This document shows positions 59,400 through 64,000 of a stretch of 64,000 nt of DNA, one piece after another (positions within the stretch are counted from its first letter, which is position 1; each line of letters opens with the position of its first letter). The DNA is from Coniocarpon cinnabarinum. Lineage: Eukaryota. The notes under the pieces are model-generated. The model worked only from the letters and a program-made list of their open reading frames with translations, made no database searches and was not told the origin of the DNA. The stretch is taken from assembly GCA_051942205.1 (NCBI GenBank), contig JAVECO010000033.1:1-64000 (forward strand), given 5' to 3'. Position numbers and translations under genes: made by a program.

Positions 59400-60513
59400 G
59401 CTTGAAACTCCAATCTCAAATACGAATTACTTTGAGGTTCAGCGTGTTGCACCCACTTTGGTATTCTACAGGGTATATGAGCGAATTCTATGGAGCGAGG
59501 AAAGACTGTCTTCTGGCGTCACTATAGAGCAAGCACTTATACGGCGGTGCATTCCGAACGATTGGCAAGCAGCGTCGGAACTGAAATGGTCACCTTTTGA
59601 ACGATGTGTCGGTTAGACTGGCGTTTAGACGCCATGAAAGGGCGCTCTATGTCTGGTTGATTTCGTGTGCTGCATGGCAGAGACGATCATAGCCAGACTG
59701 TGGCAGAGTCTCTCACTTATTACGCGTGCTAGCGCCAGTAGTGAAGAATATCCGAAGGCATGGTCATGAACGCATCCAATAGGTTCACTCGGTCTAGGTC
59801 CTAGTGCGCCCACGCGCTTGATCTTAATGGAATCCGTTCGATCTCTGTACATAAGCGCGCAAACGCGAAATATGAAAATGAGTGTCAGGCTTGCTATTCC
59901 CTGGGTCGTTCGTCCTTTGAGGCTCACGGATGATGATGCCCAAGTATGTAGCCACCGCTCTTTATCAACTTTCGAGTTCAGGTTCAAAGTCTTCAAAGTT
60001 GTGCTCCGGTCTGTTGTGCAGACCTGCCACAATCAGTTCTCAGAGTCATTTCACTGGCCACGGGTACCCCTCGATATGAAACATGCACAGCGACCAGGAG
60101 TGAGGCAATCCGTGGCACAACAAACGCAAGCAATTGAAAAGGCATTCTTAGCATACTCAAGTGAGACTTACGCTCCACCGCCGATGTACAGGGAGGCACT
60201 AACTACAAGAACAGCAGCTCGTGCATGGATTGTTACGAGGCAACGAATGGTATCTGGCGGCCGCAAGGTGACACGAGACTTGCAGCAGCTGCTGCATTGG
60301 ATCGACATAGTTACGCCCCTCGTGCGTTTTTCTCGTAGCAATGCCAATACTTTGCGCTAGATATTAAATGTTGATATGCTGACTGTTGGCCGCCCAAGGC
60401 TATGACTGAATCGTATCAATGCATCGATAGCTCTGTACCGGTTCCACTTCCCAGGCTGGGTGCGTTTCACACTCTTGCCTTTCTTTGCATTGCTATACCT
60501 GCTGCTCTCGAGG

Positions 60514-62437
60514 ATGGACTCCCCTGTGGAAGCCAATGTGCAAGCCAATGTGCAAGCGTCTGCCGCCTCAATGGTCGCAAAAAGTCAACTCAAGCATGTG
60601 AATGGTGTTCTACTCGTGCCACAGCCAAGTGATGACCCAAAAGATCCCCTGGTACGTCATGTAGTTCAGGCGTATGCCCTCGATTCTGATACCATCCCCA
60701 GACCTGGCCGATATGGCGGAAATGTCTGACACTTCTCGTCGTCTCGTTCAACGCTGGTGTTAATCTCATGTCTGCCTTTTGCTTCACAAGCGGTGTAGTG
60801 CTTCAGGCGAAGGTATAGGGTACTACAAGTACAGCCATGTCTTACGCCGTGAGCCATGATCCTCCATAAGGCATTGACCTGACCTCTCTTACCATGCTTA
60901 GTTCTCTGCCAACGTTGCAGGCTTGATGCTAGCGCCTTTCTTTTTGACACCCTTGTCGAGAGTCCTCGGCATCAACACCACATTCTTCTGGAGTACCTTA
61001 TGCTTGCTTGGCATCAACGTGTTGAGTGCTGAGATGAGTGACCGAGGCGACTATACTAAGTTTGTTGTGTCTCGTGGCTTAGCAGGCTTCTTCGCTACAA
61101 TCCCGCACGTCCTCGGCAACGCTGTCATTGTCAATGTTTTTTATTTACACCAACGTGGAAGAGCGTTCTCTTTCTTTGCTTTCTGCTGGCTGTTCGGTGG
61201 AATTATGGGGCAGAGCTTGGGTGGTTTTATTATTCAGCACACCAAATGGACTGTCGAATTTTGGTACACCATTGGTGAGCGAGCTCGCGTCGAATTCATC
61301 TGTTACCTCTACTTGCAACGTTCACTAGCTTTGTATGAGTCTGACATGATGCTTACTGCTCCTTGGTCGCCTCCCGCTTCAAGGAAGTATGACACTAATC
61401 TGTTCACAGCGCCGCTAGGAATAGCTCTTCTTTGCACCGTATGCCTTCTCGAGGATACAACATTCAACCGCAATGGGCTCGTAAACAAGTCAACTGAGCG
61501 ATCCTGGATATCGACACGCTTGGCTACTCTATTTGCAGGCTCGGAGAATGTACCACGTGCAGATGGCTCGACATTAGTATGCTTGGAGGCACTTGCAAGT
61601 TGAGGGTTATACTGAAATTGTTTAAACAGTTAAGAAAGACTTGCGCCCCTTTTCTTATCCTCTTCAGCCCCGTGACGATCATGGCCGGTCTCTTTGGTGC
61701 GATCTTCTTCGGCTGGTTTTCTGTGATCTCCAACTTGATCAGCATTTTCCTAGAGGAGCCATGGGCACCTCGCAAAGGCCTACACGGGTATGGATTTTCA
61801 TATCAGCAGACCTCAGCCTGTGGGTTTCGCCTCCGTCCGCGCATCAATTTACCGTGAGTGACTAATGGTCATATTAGTTACCATGAGTATCTGGATCGGG
61901 TGTGTCGTTGCTCAGCTCTGGGGTGCAACTATTAATGACCGTCTTCCAATGTACATGTCACGTAGGAAAGGAATGTGGTACCCAGAATTTCGCCTCCACA
62001 CTCTCTGGATCCCGGGCCTTGTTATCATGCCAATCGGTCTCGGCATATTTGGTGCTGGGCTAGAATACCATCTACACTACATGATACTTGCTTTAGGTGC
62101 TTTTCTAATAACCTTCAGTGCATTGGCGGTTCAGCCCGTCGCATTGAATTACGTGGTAGAGTCTTTCGAGCGTAATCCAGAAGAGGTAGGACTTTGTATG
62201 AACGTGTGGCGATTGGCTTTCGCCTTGGCTATACCATTCTTTTTGCAGCCCTGGGAGGCGGCTGTGGGCCTTGGCTGGGTGTTCGGCATCTCTGCATTCA
62301 TCAGTGTCTTTGCATTTGGGCTGATGCTATCCTTGATGGTGGTTGGACGAAAGCTGAGACTTTGGAGCATTGGAAATACAGGAGCTACGATCGAAGAGGT
62401 ATTGGAAGAGAAGGTGATATCTGTTGAGTCAGCATAA
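60514..62437 (+). CDS. MFS transporter (about 6 exons) with an in-frame TAG at 60816; probable nonsense allele or pseudogene
   Basis: LLVPQPSDDPKDPL|TWPIWRK, FVVSRGLAG, FYLHQRGR, LEDTTFNR, NDRLP...WYPEFRL, NYVVESF; TAG lies in exon 2. Confidence 0.8.
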
Positions 62438-62570
62438 AGGCCAGGAGGGAGCGCGCCAGTTTTCTCCATGTGGGGAGCTCTATCAGCTTGCAACTATGCT
62501 GCTTTTGTCATGTATGTGAGGTGCCAGAACGTTACTAGGTACTTTATGCGAAACCAACCACTATTTATGC

Positions 62571-62604
62571 TCCTTTTTGGGGGATCACGCCCCCCCCAAA
62601 AGGA
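62571..62604. other. Short inverted repeat (potential hairpin) downstream of the MFS gene
   Basis: TCCTTTTTGGGGG ATCACG CCCCCCCCAAAAGGA; the arms are nearly complementary. Confidence 0.5.
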
Positions 62605-63580
62605 ATGTTTGCGCCCCGGAAGCGCCCCAGAAATCGCCGTCACATGACAGATCTTGCGTGATTACGTAAGCTCGCGGCAAGATCCGGGCGCCCAGCCTAT
62701 GCTAGATTTTTCTGTGGTGTGGATTACTCCGTACTACTTGAAACTCGAAGACTGTTGTATGCTTAGTGAATATCGTTTCCTCATGTGTGGAGAGGGCTTG
62801 CAGAGCGAAAATGAAAAGGAGCTACCAAAGCCACCGAACATGGCGGCTTTATTGCGACGGCTGTTTATTGGTCATCTTTTTTGACACTCGACAACGCCGT
62901 GATGGGTTTCAATTTGATTTGCAAGCCTCCATTTTTGGGCGAAGAACTGATAGGCCGACGTTAATACTGTTGAGCTTTTTGTCGACTGATCCATGGCTGG
63001 GCAAACGATGACATAGATACGATTGTGCCTACAAGCTGATGAGGCGGTAACGTTCGAAACAACGCGTCACCCCATTGAAATCAAAGGACGCGTCCACAAG
63101 CTACCTTCAGTCGTCCTTTGTGTGTGCTTGGACGGCGATGGCGCCTAATGCAGCTTGAAGTAATTGTTGGGGCTCCGCAATTAGGGCGTCATCGATCATG
63201 GCAGAAGGTTGGTTCATGTCCACTTTGGCCACTAGGAGCAGCCTTCGGTATGTTATTCTTAACATTTCTCTCAACGGTTGCTTGGTGCGTCATAAGATGT
63301 ACAGCGACGTCAAAGCAAGAAAAGCAAAGGGCATAAATGGACGCTGACAAAGGTCCGACGGGCACGGTTGTCGGCTTGCCGCCCCGTCGCTACAGACCAT
63401 AGCGGCAAGCCCGGGCAGGACCTTTGACAATCCCGACACATTTCCTCACATTTAGAAATAAATCTGCAGGACTTTGCAGTGCGCAACCAAGTCTGAAGCC
63501 CGTGTCCGCTGCTTGATAAATGCTATGTTGTCCAGTAAGCAAGCAGGAATGCAACCACCCAAAACGGCAAACCAGCACGA

Positions 63581-63614
63581 ATTGACATGTGATTGGCATG
63601 TGATTGACATGTGA
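63581..63614 (+). repeat. 11-bp tandem repeat x3 (ATTGACATGTG / ATTGGCATGTG)
   Basis: attgacatgtg attggcatgtg attgacatgtg read directly from the sequence. Confidence 0.7.
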
Positions 63615-64000
63615 CAGCTCACAAGTCAAGGCCTCAGATCGGAGCCAATTGGCATCTGCGCAGGAGCCGTGCGAGAGTTGCGCTGACATGAAAGCCCTCC
63701 ACAAAAGATCGCATACGGGACCGTGGACGAAAGGACGGGACCCGGGGCGGACCTGAGCCAGATGGTCGTCGTCAAGACCCCACGGTGGGGTAGCCAGGTT
63801 GGTGGGCAGCAGTAAGCAAGGCATCTCCTGCACTCGGACAGAGGCTTGCATTTGCTGCCAAACGTTGGCCAGGAACGTCAGCGCCCTGCATGCCACTAAT
63901 CCAAGGATTGTCAGCTTGGGCAAGAACCTTATCACTTCGATCGGCTTTGCGTGCGCGTCGGGTGACATCAACGCGACCAGACTTCAACGTACGTGACGCC

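Noticed and set aside
60529..60557. 12-bp tandem repeat encoding EANV-QANV-QA in the MFS N-terminus
   Set aside because: A simple in-frame slippage duplication in a variable tail.
63390..63996. 193-aa minus-strand ORF and neighbouring ORFs at the window end
   Set aside because: No recognisable motifs; the ORF spans a tandem repeat and its context is truncated by the window edge.

Overview
Gene-dense, intron-containing genomic DNA from a filamentous ascomycete (Pezizomycotina-type GT-AG introns with CTRAC branch points); no rRNA, tRNA, CRISPR or intact transposon was recognised. About 27 protein-coding loci can be read. Conserved housekeeping genes are an Ahc1-like protein, Kish, a DMM-1-like JmjC protein, ARD1/NAA10, a metacaspase, UTP25, eIF3f, TAF13, COQ2, Ydc2/Cce1, a POF1-like protein, DRE2, an STF2/TMA10-like protein, NADP-GDH and a flavocytochrome b2-like enzyme; accessory genes are interspersed. 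The most notable feature is a candidate fungal RiPP (dikaritin-type) locus at about 27.5-37.3 kb. There, an intron-split 76-aa secreted precursor missed by the ORF track (signal peptide, KR and RR Kex2 sites, two non-repeated cores with one Cys each and no Tyr or Trp) is divergently paired with a five-exon DUF3328/UstYa-like oxidase carrying both HxxHC motifs. It is flanked by a secreted carboxylesterase, a Pth11-like 7TM protein and a FolC/FPGS-like ligase. Other points of interest are a possible PemK/MazF-fold protein, a Zn2Cys6 factor fused to an apparently inactive hexapeptide acetyltransferase, a pseudogenised esterase paralogue, an MFS gene with a nonsense codon, an obligatory GC-AG intron and a loop deletion in GDH, and C-rich to G-rich skew switches inside genes. 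All family assignments come from motif recognition by eye, not from database searches.
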